Below, one piece after another: positions 51,317-64,000 of a stretch of DNA of 64,000 bases (positions within the stretch are counted from its first letter, which is position 1; the number at the start of each line of letters is the position of its first letter). The notes below the pieces were generated by a model. It had not been told where the DNA came from. It saw only the letters and a list, made by a program, of their open reading frames with translations, and did no database searches. The DNA is taken from positions 4,588,001 to 4,652,000 of the forward strand of contig NC_042998.1 in assembly GCF_006345805.1 (NCBI RefSeq), written 5' to 3'. Origin of the DNA: Octopus sinensis. Taxonomy: Eukaryota. Both the position numbers and the translations under genes were made by a program.

Positions 51317-51531
51317 CGTGCGTCATTGAGCTGTGTGTGTGTGGAACTCTCAGAAATGGGAAATCAGAGAAGTTAATTTCCTATGATGCACTCTACAGTA
51401 ACTAGTCTTGACCTGTTAAACATAAGTATATACCTAATCAATCCTTTGAAATTTATCAGCTCCGCTTCTACTTCAAAGAATTTGGTGAATTAATGTACAC
51501 TACTATAACGCTTGCAGAATATGGAGCTTTT

Positions 51532-51695
51532 GCACGGCTGTGTGGTAAGTAGCTTGCTAACCAACCACATGGTTCCGGGTTCAGTCCCACTGCGTGGCAT
51601 CTTGGGCAAGTGTCTTCTGCTATAGCCCCGGGCCGACCAATGCCTTGTGAGTGGATTGGGTAGACGGAAACTGAAAAAAGCCTGCCGTATATATG

Positions 51696-51726
<31 letters not shown>

Positions 51727-51968
51727 GTATGTTGTGTGTGTGTGTGTGTGTTTGTGTGTCTGTGTTTGTTCCCCTAGCATTGCTTGACAACCGATGCTGG
51801 TCTGTTTACGTCCCCGTCACTTAGCGGTTCGACAAAAGAGACCGATAGAATAAGTACTGGGCTTACAAAGAATAAGTCCCGGGGTCGATTTGCTCGACTA
51901 AAGGCGGTGCTTCAGCATGGCCGCAGTCAAATGACTGAAACAAGTAAAAGAGTAAAAGAGTAAAGAGT
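51532..51968 (+). mobile_element. tRNA-derived SINE (GTAAGTAGCTTGCT family)
   Basis: Close match to 6553-6936, including the (GTAAAAGA)n tail. Confidence 0.9.
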
Positions 51969-54493
51969 ATGCTGGTTTCTTATGCACTTTATAAATAATT
52001 TAGCTATTGTTTCTGATATTATACTGAGTTTTGTTTTCGTTGCTAAACAATTTTATCGGTAATGTGATATTGTGCTAATTAAGGAGGCTGATATTGACGT
52101 AAACAGTTAAACTATGTACGTAATTGTTGGTTTAGGAAGGTTCATTATATGGAAAGTTTATATAAGGGTATATTACAGATGGGCGCTTGCATTGAGTCTG
52201 TATTGTTTTTATTTGTTAAAGCACAGATCTACCCTAACTGAGCAGATCAATGATCAACATCATTACAACAGTGATCATCCCGTCTTATAACAGGTATGCC
52301 AATAAGCATATTATCCATTATATGTTTTAATCTGATTACAAAAAAATATTTGATTTGAAGGCGATTAGGTAGTTGTTTCTAGCAGAATCAGAAGTTCTTT
52401 TATTGACTCAGTTTCACCTTAGAAGAGCTATATATGGAGAATATAGATGTTACGTGAAGTATAGATTAATCTTGTTAGGTTTTTGAATTTTTTTTCATTT
52501 CCATGTTTATTATATATTATCAAAGTTGCATGATTTGAGATTTTGTATTTTGAAAACGAGTAGAAAAGCAAATCCAACAATCTCAAAACAACGATTGTCT
52601 TGCTCTTGGTGTAACTACTCTGCATCAGTCCTGCTTCAACATACGATCAGTGATGTTTCAATTGTGAGCGCCCTCCTATTTACGACATCTGAAAAATAAA
52701 GCCCATATATCGCATTTGAGCTGCGGTATATCGGCTGTATTGCTTTCTTTACCGTATACATATGTAACTGACCGTTAGCAATTAAAATCGTTGCTGCATC
52801 ATGCAAGCCCGTAGTTAAAGTTTGAGTCGATTACGCTTGATGAGATTGATAATATGATACTCTACGTTTGTTTTTTGGAGAAGAATTTACAAAATTAAAC
52901 TGAAACTTTAGCAAGAATTAGAACATTTCAGACGTGCAAGTGAGATTTTTCCACATGCAGCCTCGCATAATGAAAACTGTGACGCTTTTCCATTCTATAT
53001 TACAAACACTGGAGTTTTAATTAATGATTAAATTTAGTATTGTGCAAATGGAAGGTTTATCTTTGGACGGCCCTTGAGAGTTTCATCTTGCTTTTAAGGT
53101 ACTTAGTCATGGTATATGCGAAAGATATTCTCTTGGTTTATGTTTATTTTGATTCTGTGTTAAATTTCTAGCGTTAGTTTGGAATTTAGTATATAAGACC
53201 TGGAGTTATTGTTAGCGCATCATGTAAAGGTTTTGTGTTTTCGTCACAGTTAGGTATTTTGAGAGTTGCAAACTAAAAAAGCGAAATAGCTTTTCTGCAA
53301 AGAGAAGTTATTCGCTCACATTTAGCAACAGATTACCATGAAGCTCACATTTATTATTCCCAATGTATGTATTTAAACACACCTTCATATGTATCTACAC
53401 ACACATATGAGTGTGTATGTGTGCGTTTTATGTATGTATATACACGCACACACGTACAAACACATTCTCAGGTAAAAATATATACATGCCAATGTGTTGT
53501 ATTATATAGAGCTGCGTATAATTTGAATATATTAGCATATTGATCAATACTATCGTAAATATATTCTCCAGGTATCACACATTTTCTAAATGTTTTGTTT
53601 GAAGCTAAAAACTTTGTTCTCCAAATGGCTGTTTTCAATTATAAAAATAATTCCACTTTCAAGGTATAAGCTACGCAATAAATTAATGTTAGATATATAT
53701 TTTTTTAGAAAGGTAGGTTATGAATAACAATTACATGTATATTGGAATGCATGCGAGACGTATTAGTAGATTCAGTCGAAGGGGCATTAAATACAAATAA
53801 TTGCTGAATAATTACAATAAGTTGAGAAAGAATCAATAATTGCAGTATAACATTTTCAGCAAAATTCGTTGGTAAATGAACTGGAAAGCATGCTTGAAAG
53901 TTTGCCAATCCCTTTGCAGGAAAAATATTCTCACAACTTCAAACGAAACACAATGAGAAAATACTTTACAATGATTAACTTAAAATTATCGGTAAATTGC
54001 TAGTGATATATTCTTATAGACTTTGTTCTTCCTCCTTTAAAATATTGTCTGGCGATCATCTACAACTGAAACATGTTTTCCGTTTTATCGTTTCCTCTTG
54101 TCAAATTTTTATCTAATATTTTTTCTCCTACATCTATTTTATTATCTCAAACCTGGCGTTGGTTATCCTGTGATGTTGACTAACCATCTCCTCAGTGGTA
54201 ATGTAGTAACGTAACCTACATTACTACCTTACTTTACAGCTGAATTTTAAATCTTGTGGAGTGAAATTTTGTAACCACATTATGAGAAACAATATTGGGG
54301 GGAAATACTAATGAATTTTAAAATGAATTTAGAATACTGAATAAAAGCCGTTTCAAATAATTTTAAGATATATTCTCTTTTTATTTCAGGCTAATTTGAT
54401 AGTTTAAGAGTATTTAAAAATTTTATTAGTGCTTTTGTTAACAAGTGGTTAGTACTACTCTTATCAGGTGAAAATATGTCCAATAGAATATTA

Positions 54494-54494
54494 C

Positions 54495-54540
<46 letters not shown>

Positions 54541-54569
54541 TATTATTATTATTATATTATTATTATTAT

Positions 54570-54615
<46 letters not shown>
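54494..54615. repeat. (ATT)n/(AGT)n microsatellite
   Basis: Direct reading of the sequence. Confidence 0.95.
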
Positions 54616-54616
<1 letters not shown>

Positions 54617-54889
54617 TTCAAGTAGAATACGCCTAATTTCTTATTATTTATAGCAAATATAATAGTTGCAAGTTCATATGTTAAAATATATCCTACATTA
54701 ATAGCGTTATTATCAATAATTTCATGGCATATAATGTTATTAAAATGTTTATTAATAATTGAAAAATAGATTTTATCAAGTTGCATTGATAAACTCTAAA
54801 AACGTATTATCAACCAGATATTATTATGAGATAAGACAGCATTATCATTAATCTCATTACCCCTATCTCATAAGACACTAACTTATATA

Positions 54890-55560
54890 TATATTTTCCC
54901 TGCGCCCACTGGCTCTATCTTTATATATTAATATACGAGATAAAAAATACGTATATTATTATATTTATATAGTATCTTTCTTTAATTATCCTCTGGCTCA
55001 ATCTTTAAGTAATGATATATTTCTTAAATTACCTCCCTTCGAATTTTTTCTCTCTCTTTTAATATATATATTTCTAGCCTCATTATTTATTTACTTTATG
55101 GTTAAATTATAGATTTAATTATTTATTAATTAATTTATTTATCTATATACTTATTTATTTATTTATTTATTTATAATCATTAGTTAGTTTAGTTTTTGAT
55201 AGTTAGGCAAATAGATAATTACAAGTGATATTCTTATAGATGACAATTTTTTTTTTTCACTCAGTATTTTCTATAACTTATTTTCGTTTGGTTCCAGCAA
55301 TATATTACCTCCCCTTTACTATCAATTTTTATTTATGGCTATTCATATCCATATGTTTTATTCCTACATCATATTTTAGACTAATATATATGTTTGTTCC
55401 CCGCACCCACCGGCTCTATCTTGATATATCAACATACAAGATAAAAATATATACTATATTTATAGAGTATCTTTCTTTAATTATCCTCAGTCTCTGCTTA
55501 AGTATTGATATATTTCTTGAAATTACCACCATTCGAGTTTTTATTCTCTCTCTTAATAAT
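54890..55560. repeat. Diverged direct duplication (54890-55065 and 55385-55560), possibly decayed LINE endonuclease sequence on the minus strand
   Basis: Shared GC.CCCAC.GGCTCTATCTT.ATATAT...GTATCTTTCTTTAATTATCCTC...GATATATTTCTT.AATTACC. Minus strand IYQDRAGGCG is weakly like the APE motif DR...GGGV. Confidence 0.6.
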
Positions 55561-56496
55561 AATTATTTTATTTACGTTTTTTTCTCTTTGTAACTAAGTC
55601 CATCAAAGCCATTAGTTCTTTATTCATACCAATAAAATACTATACTATTGCATTTTACTGTATAAACCATAACTTTGGCTATATTATTAATATATATAAT
55701 TGTATATAATTGTATGGCATATAATTGTGTAGCCCAGCTCTATCTAATTATTCGTGCCTTGTACACAATATTCCCAGTTTCCTCTATATAATAAATACCT
55801 ACTTCCGGTGTTGCAGACAACCTATTTAAATTATCTTAAAAATAAGTTTCAATTAATCTTGATATATTGACCGCTCTTTATGCCCTTATATTTATAGGCA
55901 TGGATGTTCTCCCTTCTTCTTAATTTATGGTTTTAACCTGAGCCATTCTCTTCTTCCATACTTATTTCCGCTATTTTCTCTGGAATGCTGAAAATGTATA
56001 TATTTTGACGAATAATTTTTATTTGACTTTACTTGTCCAACTCAATATTAGTCTTAGGGGTGATGGACTTTAATAAGATAATTATTCAATTTAATTTTAT
56101 TTTTATTTTTACTATTAAAATATTCTATTTTTCTGATTACTCATTATTGTATAGTATATGATTCTATCTATATTAAACACTTTTGAAATTAATAAACTTT
56201 AAAGCGTAATCATGTATATAATGATAATATATACTATTTAATTCTAGCATTAAGTTCTTCCATCTTTTAAGTTACTTAATTCTTTAGGTACTTACTAAGT
56301 GTAACAAATTTTCTATAATGTCTTTCATCTTAAATTAATTACGAATGATATTTATATACATTTGCTCCGTTTATGTTTATAGTTAAATAACAAATTATCA
56401 CTTGACTACACAATAACATACTGTATCTTATGTTATTATGTTATTTTATTTTATTTTAGGATTTGTGCATTTTCACCTCTATAGTATTTAATAATA

Positions 56497-57747
56497 TTAA
56501 GTTGTCTCACATGAAGCGTAGTATTTTAAATGGGTTTCTTAAGAGTCATCTATAAATGGATTTTTAATGAGTTTCCATGTATATGCTTGTGTTTACTTTT
56601 TTTCTTTCTAGACAATACTATTATTCAAAATTACTACTTATTGCTCCTATGGCAATGTTGACAACTGAAAAATACCGAGCGATTTTCTTGTACGAATACA
56701 AATTGTGTAAATCTGCTACCGAAGCTCTACGAAACATCAAGAAGGCCTTTGGTAACGATTCTGTTGACATTAGAAATGTTCAGAGATGGTTTCAAAGATT
56801 TCGTTCATGAAATGAAAGCCTCACAAATGAACCAAGAGGAAACCAAAATCAGTTATTCGGTTTGACGGAATGAATGCTTTAGTTAAATGAAATCTGAGAA
56901 CAACTGTTCGAAAATACAGATCAGAGCTCCAAGCATCTCGTGCAAATGCTTCTTGACACTTGAAGAACATTGGAAAAGTGAAAAAAAGATGGATAGGTTT
57001 GTTACCCATCAACTTAATGAGATTCAAAGATACAGACGCCTTATGGTGTGTTCCATGTTGATTCTCGGTTGGAAAGAGAACCGTTTTTGTATCGACACGT
57101 TACGTGTGATGAGAAATGGATACATTTTGATAACTGTAGTAGGACAGGACAGTAGTTAGATGCAAGAGAGTCACCAAAACACTACCCTGAACCACTATTG
57201 CACCCTAAAAAGTTGATGGTCACTTTACGGTGGTCAACAAAGGAGGTTATACATTATTCATTTTTGCAACAAGGAAAATCCGTAACACAAAGATCCTAGG
57301 GTCAGGAATTTAAATGGAAGCATGAAAAATTTAAAAAGAAGCAACCCATGAACAGAGATGGCCCAATTTTGCGCCATGATGATAATGCACAGCCTTACTC
57401 TTCTCAAGCTACGGTCCAAAAGTTGTAAGTCCTGAATTATGAAGTTGTGGTAAAAACTCCTTAATCTCCTGATATCTCTCCTACTGATTATCACATATAT
57501 AAACACTTTGAGCTCGCTATACCTAATAAAACAGTCTTAAATAAAGACGTTATTGAAGCATTCGAACAGTTTATCAGCATAAAAGATAAGAAATTCTATG
57601 AAGATGGAATATATACCGAAGAGGAAAGTTGGATGATGGTCATAAATGAACAAGGATCATATTTTGATTAAATAAATATTCTTAAACTTAAAACCCAATT
57701 CTAATGTTTCCTCTTTCAAATGCGACATTTCATGTGAGACAGCTTAA
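56497..57747 (+). mobile_element. Full-length decayed mariner (DD34D), 1251 bp
   Basis: TIRs TTAAGTTGTCTCACATGAA and TTCATGTGAGACAGCTTAA with TA on both sides. RAIFLYEYKL..SATEALRNI..AFG...VQRWFQRF. DNAQPY...SPDISPTDYH has 34 residues between the Asps. Confidence 0.95.
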
Positions 57748-58493
57748 TATTATATAATATTATAATACACCCAAAAATAATGCACCTTTAACTATTGCCA
57801 TTATTTTGACTGTATACACATTTAACATTAAATTATAAGCTATTTTATGGATACCCCTCATTTTTAATTTAATTTATACTTTATTTTTAATTTTAGATTT
57901 TTAATTTCTATTTTATTCACTCGTCGTATCTGTTTTCTAATTTTAATTTTCACACTGCTTATCTATTACATTAATAATATATTGCAATTATACTCATATA
58001 CCTACTTTCGCATTTTTCCTCTATTTAACACCGTAGAAGGATATATTGTTCTATTCTTACTTTTATTGTAACTCCAATAAATATACTACCTTCCTTTTGT
58101 AAGGTTTATACCATATTCTTTATATATAAATTTTATCAGTTAACGGTTAGGAGCCGTATACTCAACAAGCAGGAATATGAATACCTAATTGCATATCTTT
58201 AGCGAATTCTGATGAGAACCAACTTTTAAATCGTTTTAATTATGGTAATTAATTTCTAATGGTCTGGAATCGAACCAGCTCTCAGAGTTGATGTCAATTT
58301 TTAATTAATAAATATTTTTTATCTCCCTATTTTCTTATCTTCTTAAAATACATATAAATCACGGTTTATCTAGTTACGTTACCGTCGAATATTAATTGTA
58401 ATATTTAACACTTTTAAATAGGTAACTAACCAGTATTTTCATTGGATTTTAGTATCCCTTACTGAAGATTGTAACTTTTATATGAACTCATAT

Positions 58494-58507
58494 ATTCGAT
58501 TGCCTTA

Positions 58508-58581
<74 letters not shown>

Positions 58582-58595
58582 TAAGGCAATCGAAT
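58494..58595. repeat. Perfect palindrome centred on (TA)n
   Basis: ATTCGATTGCCTTAATTTATTTATA-(TA)n-TATAAATAAATTAAGGCAATCGAAT; the 25-bp arms are exact reverse complements. Confidence 0.95.
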
Positions 58596-59798
58596 TTTCA
58601 AGCTTTAATAACTATCAATAAATGTGATAAAATATGGTAAATTTGCATCATTATAAAAGTTTAGTGTGTCTCCATTTTGTTTTAGACTAAATAAATTCAG
58701 TTATAAATCAAATAATGGATATACACCGAAATACAAGCGTTACCCTCAACACAGGAGGCGAAAGTAATACAGTTACAGTAAATAGCTTAAAATAAACCAA
58801 CAACTGTCAGGAAAATTGCCAAGAAATTTCAGAAGACTGGTTCCGCCGTGGATGTGACCGCAAAAGAAATGTGGGGATCCATCGGCTTACCAAAAGTACC
58901 AAACAAGAGATACGGTGATTTCCTCGTCGTTCAGTCAGAAAACTGGCTACCACAGCAAAAAATAAGACGGACATCAATGTATCAAATGCTAAAGAAGGAT
59001 CTCAGGAACCACCCCTACAATATGACCCACTGTCATGAGCTCACGCAAGTTTATAAGACTATGAGAGTGGAGAGGAGTCATATTTCTGATGGAGCGTTGC
59101 TCAAGCTGGTGTTCGCTGATGAAAAGAAATTGACATCGAGCAGACAGTAAACCAACAGAATGACCTACTTTTGTGTGTATCTTGCTCCGTCGAGCGAAGA
59201 CTCGTACATCAATGTCAAAATCCACAGTAAGTTATGGTGTGGGTGGCTGTGACAGAGACTGGAAGGTCTCGCGTCATTTGTTGTCATCAAGTGTCACCCA
59301 GCGAAACATTAGCAACATTCCAGAAGCTAAACTGCTTCTATGGAGAATGAATACTTTCAAAGCGCACCTTCAAGCCTGCAACACGACTCGGCACCAGCAC
59401 ACAACTCCAAACAGACACTACACCGGATTCAGTAAAACATTCCGTCATTCATATGCAAGGATGTTTGCTCCTTAATATGTTCCATTCTCAACCACTTGGA
59501 TTTTCTTGTTCAGTCCATTTGAGAGACGAGGATCTCGAGCACTCCTCATGCTCTGAATGCAAAACTGCCCCAAGGATGGGCTTCGATTCCTCAAGAACAG
59601 CTTCGTGCCAAGTGGGAAGCATTCACACCTAGACTTAAGAATGTGATTTGAAACAGAGGGAGTCATATCGAATAAATGTGCGAGTGTCATTCATTATTGT
59701 TTCCTTTACTATTGCATTGCAACGCTCGGACCCAAAATATAACAATAACACAAACATTCGCAGGTTTTCGAAAAAAAAAAAGATTTTTGAAAACACTG
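58596..59798 (+). mobile_element. Decayed DD37D (maT-type) Tc1/mariner-superfamily transposon
   Basis: FADEKK, NQQND, VMVWVAVTETG. HDSAPAH (Asp at 59385) to NHLD (Asp at 59499) spans 37 residues. Right TIR ...TTTTTGAAAACACTG|TA; left TIR truncated. Confidence 0.85.
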
Positions 59799-60106
59799 TA
59801 TAAGAGCCATTTATTTCATCTGATTTGCAGTATTTCAACGACAATATTGTAGCTCACTCAACAAGAGGCAAACGTATTTAAATATGTTATTACTTATTAT
59901 TTGCGTTCTCTATCAGCACTTATTAAGCTATTAGAAATGTATGGTAACAGGTGTTTTACAGAGTAAATAATTCATTTAGATATTATTAATTTGTTATAAA
60001 ACTAATTACCTTCCATATTTTGTTAACATAATTTCTACTCTCTCCGTCATTTTTCTCTTCACTATATATGTACATACAAATATTTACAGGCAGGTGTATA
60101 CTTATC

Positions 60107-60158
<52 letters not shown>

Positions 60159-61619
60159 AAATATATATGTATGCATATATATATATACATTTATATATAT
60201 ATATGTACATATATATATATATGTACATATATATATATATAATATATATATATATATATTATATATATATATATACGTATCTACGCGTTTATGCATGCAT
60301 AAATATGTAACCATATAATACATATAATATATTATATGTGTATTCTTTAGATCTTGACATTGTTATTTTTATATGGATATTTAAAACTTATTGTGTAAAC
60401 TAATGTATACGTTTTTGCGAAAAACATTAACAGCTATAGCATTAGCTATATCTTTAAATAACGATTGTTTTCTATAATATTTTATCAAACAACTTAAATT
60501 ATATTTCAATTACTGTAGTTCTAAACTTATCATAAATAGAACAGGTGATTTACAAAATCTTACAGAAAACAACCCTGAAAAAATTACAATAACTGAATAT
60601 AAGATTATATTTTCAGTATACGACATGAGTTCAATAATACCGTTTTTATGAATTCAACATACAGACCAATGTCATATCTGAGTTATTTATGAACCTATAT
60701 TAACTGCATACATACGAATTACAAATAGTGATAACAGAATTATTTGATACTTAATATTGCAGCAAAGTAATTTTGTAATTAATTAAATATAATTAAAGAT
60801 AAACAGCTACAATATGCAACACCATCTAATATGCATATCATCTTCATTTTTCATCTGAAAATACCAACGTATACAAAATACCACCTGAAAAGGTCTCATC
60901 GGCCTTATCAACTCACGAAAGTTACTTCTTTAGGTATATACCTGGTTGTATACTAATAAACTTTTGCCAACCCCAAAATTGTCCCCACTATCCATTTTCT
61001 CTACCACACCTTCTTGATATATTTATTTGCTCTGCCTACACGATAACATCTCTCGTCTGCCTACACCACACATAATTTTTATTTACGTTTCTGCAATTAT
61101 GATACATCTGGAGGTGGCGATATATCAAGACATATAAAATATAGCGTTTGCCTATGTTATTCGAATGTTTGTCTCTGGCCGCTTCCTCTTTGATCCTTTT
61201 CTTTTTAGGTTATGGAAATTAGCAAGCCTATAACTGTTTTCTTATCTGTTCTTTTATATGTTGAAAGCCATTGGCTGCTGGAATTAAGGTCGGACAGTTG
61301 TCTTGCTCAAGATGGGTGTTGAACTAAAAGTATTATTAGAAGGCTATCGGCTTATCTATCTGTCTGTCGGACTATTTGTCTGGCATTTTATTTCCCCTTC
61401 CTTTGGTATTTCCCTATATGTGTGAGTGTGTGTGCCCGTGCGCTCATGTAAAAATACACATTTACACCGCGTATTTCATTACAGCTTTTCGATACAATGT
61501 GTGTCTTTGTCATGAGCATTTTCATAAAACTTAGAATAACGATTATAAAAACACTGTCAACTGATTTTATCATCAGAAACTTTACTTTATGGACAACGTA
61601 ACTCATTACTCTGTGTGTG

Positions 61620-61691
<72 letters not shown>

Positions 61692-61748
61692 ACATATATA
61701 TATATATGTATATATATACATATATATATATGTATATATGTGTATATG

Positions 61749-61798
<50 letters not shown>

Positions 61799-61826
61799 AT
61801 ATATATAATATATATATATATATATG

Positions 61827-61893
<67 letters not shown>

Positions 61894-61920
61894 TATATAT
61901 AAACTTATATATATATATTA
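61620..61920. repeat. (TA)n-rich microsatellite, representative of many similar arrays (e.g. 878-930, 13329-13460, 14205-14400, 15720-15805, 16490-16570, 17430-17890, 37590-37700, 41810-41980, 44180-44300, 46170-46315, 47050-47250, 60108-60275)
   Basis: Direct reading; these arrays generate the IYIYIY/HTHT/CVCV pseudo-ORFs. Confidence 0.95.
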
Positions 61921-62639
61921 TTTAATAAAACTGCTCTCATGGCTTAAAGAGTTAAAGATAGGCCGATACGATGAGACAAAAAGATGAGAAATGCCGAACA
62001 GTAAGTAGATAAGTGGAGTATCTCACTCAAGTAAGAAAAAAAGAAAAATATTCTGATCATTCTGTAAAGTAATAAGGACTCATAAATCTGGAAAATGTAG
62101 TGCATCAGTATACATAGTGTATATTTTATATCACTTTGTTAAATACGCGCCATATAAACGTGTTACAAACAATTTTGTCATATGGAAGAATATTTTACCA
62201 CGAAAGCTAAAATTCATTCTTTCACTGTCAAATTACAAAAACAAAATCATTACAAACCCATCTTCTGCTGAACCAAACTCATTTATAAACTTTAGTTTAT
62301 AGACCTACAGTACTTTTAACATTAGTAATATTTTATATTTCCAGGCTTAAAGAGATTTACTTTTTATATACGTTTTTCACCGCCTTGCTTGCAAAGGATG
62401 TTTCTTTGCAATTATGTATTTTTTCTATTCTTTCACCTCCTACCAACTTTGCCCAAATCAGCAAAGATGCCAAAGGGCTTAATCCGATTTTTGAATAAAT
62501 GTCTGAAAAAAAAATTGTAATCTTTACTTATTGTAATAGATAAGAAAATATGTGATGTAAATTGGATTAATAAATTTATATATTTAGTATTTATTTACAC
62601 AAATTAGTGCCTTGACTATAGGATATTAGATAACGCCGG

Positions 62640-63350
62640 TAGACATATCATCGCGTTTCATTCCCCCCAAATCTGTATATATAAGCAGATTATAAGAGTG
62701 CAACAAATATTATTATCAATATCTTTAGAGCAATAGACAAATCTATAAGCAGTCTTTCTTCCACCTAAGCAACTTTTCAATGTTTTGTGAGCAAACACAA
62801 GAATCACACATGTAGCCATTTCAAACATGAACTGCGATATAATCAACCCCATACGAGTGATATAGAAAGTATTATTAGAGTTAGAAGTGTGAGCGCACAT
62901 TTGTGGGGTTCTAGTTTGACTATTTGGTTTCTATACCATTACCTATTTTGTGATTAATAGAGCCAGTCACAGACCTAAAAATCAAGTCACAATATAACAA
63001 TCGAATTATCATTAGTAAACATATTGAATTAATTAAGTACACCATTCCAGATGTACTTATGTAAGATGTAAATTATTTACTTATTTATGTCATCCAATAT
63101 TGTTCAAAGTAAGATAGCTAGAGTAACCTTGAAAAGATACAGTAGAAAATTTTGTTGTACATTTAGTTTCCAAACTCGGCTTCTTTATGAGAAGTTGATC
63201 AATTGTGATGTATATGCATTACGAAACTAAGTGCGCAACTATTATGTTTAAGATAAATTTATTTAAAAACTCTTCAAATACGCAAATGGACACGTGTAAA
63301 GTTTTAATTTAATACAAACCTAATACTCACGGTAGTCTATTGATTTGGCT
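62640..63350 (-). pseudogene. Decayed intronless class A GPCR (TM1-TM6)
   Basis: TM2 NKFILNIIVAHL (63228-63263) matches N.FILNLAVADL. TM3 at 63081-63161, CTTKFSTVSFQGYSSYLTLNNIG*HK*, puts C3.25, S3.39, L3.43 and I3.46 in register with HK(Y) at DRY. ECL2 Cys then TM5/TM6-like stretches follow in ORF 62658-62900. Confidence 0.6.
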
Positions 63351-64000
63351 TTATCATGGTAAAATACATTTTTAAGGAAAAAGAGGTGATTCCCTTTGGT
63401 CTTGCGTTTTCCTCTCCATTGAAATATTATGGTGGAGCCTACAGTAGCTGATATATTATGTAGGAATTTATGGCTCCATATATCTCGTACGTCTAGTGGC
63501 GGTGGGTCAACTCTGATTGCTATGCTACAGTTGTAGGATACCCTGTGCGTAGCTCTTGTTATTTTGTTAAAAACAAAATGATGCCTATTCTCATGTAATT
63601 ACTTGACTTTATAAATTTTTAAATTTGCTAATGTCACCAGTGATTAAATATTTTAAAGTTTATTCTTTTAATTTAGTTTCACCGAATTCAAATCCCTATC
63701 AGGAGAAGTAACAACGGTGTATGGAGAAGGTAGATGCTGAAAAGAATAGATGGCAATAATAATAGAAATATTCAAAGACGAAAAACCTCCACTGATTATG
63801 ACTTGTATTGATTTCAAAAATTCATTTAGTATCGCTGTGACAACAGGAACTTTTCTAGATCATAGTTGAGGATAATATTACAGATTGGGTCATCAAAATT
63901 TGCTATAACTGATTTTATGCTGGCAGCATAATTGTCACTATACAAGTAACATGTCTAAAGGAATAACACATTTAACAACTTTATAGTTACAAGTACTTCC

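Noticed and set aside
60885-60930. CUGAAAA followed by a hairpin
   Set aside because: No GAAA directly after the stem; not a hammerhead.

Overview
AT-rich eukaryotic DNA dense in microsatellites and transposon relics. It is most likely octopus/cephalopod, inferred from the tRNA-derived SINE families and repeat landscape rather than from any marker gene. I found no intact protein-coding gene. Most listed ORFs are artefacts of (TA)n, (CA)n, (GAT/GGT)n or (TTC)n repeats. Supported content: about a dozen SINE copies from three families; decayed LINEs (Tx1/L1-like, two restriction-like-endonuclease LINEs, APE fragments); a Ty3/Gypsy remnant with its 3' LTR and PPT; a hATm-like transposon carrying a nested non-autonomous Helitron; two mariners (DD34D); a Tc1 with DD36E spacing; a DD37D element; MITE-like inverted repeats; and Penelope-like fragments. 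Two things stand out beyond the routine annotation. (1) Many type I hammerhead ribozyme motifs. These include a ~240-nt island with hammerheads in both polarities (51100-51345), a ~210-nt structured island whose hammerhead has a compensatory U3-A8 core (7283-7493), and a ~442-bp tandem-plus-inverted repeat with an intact hammerhead (44305-45357). These are candidate retrozyme or viroid-like endogenised RNAs. (2) Up to five decayed, apparently intronless class A GPCR fragments, all on the minus strand. All alignments and folds were done by eye and need computational confirmation.
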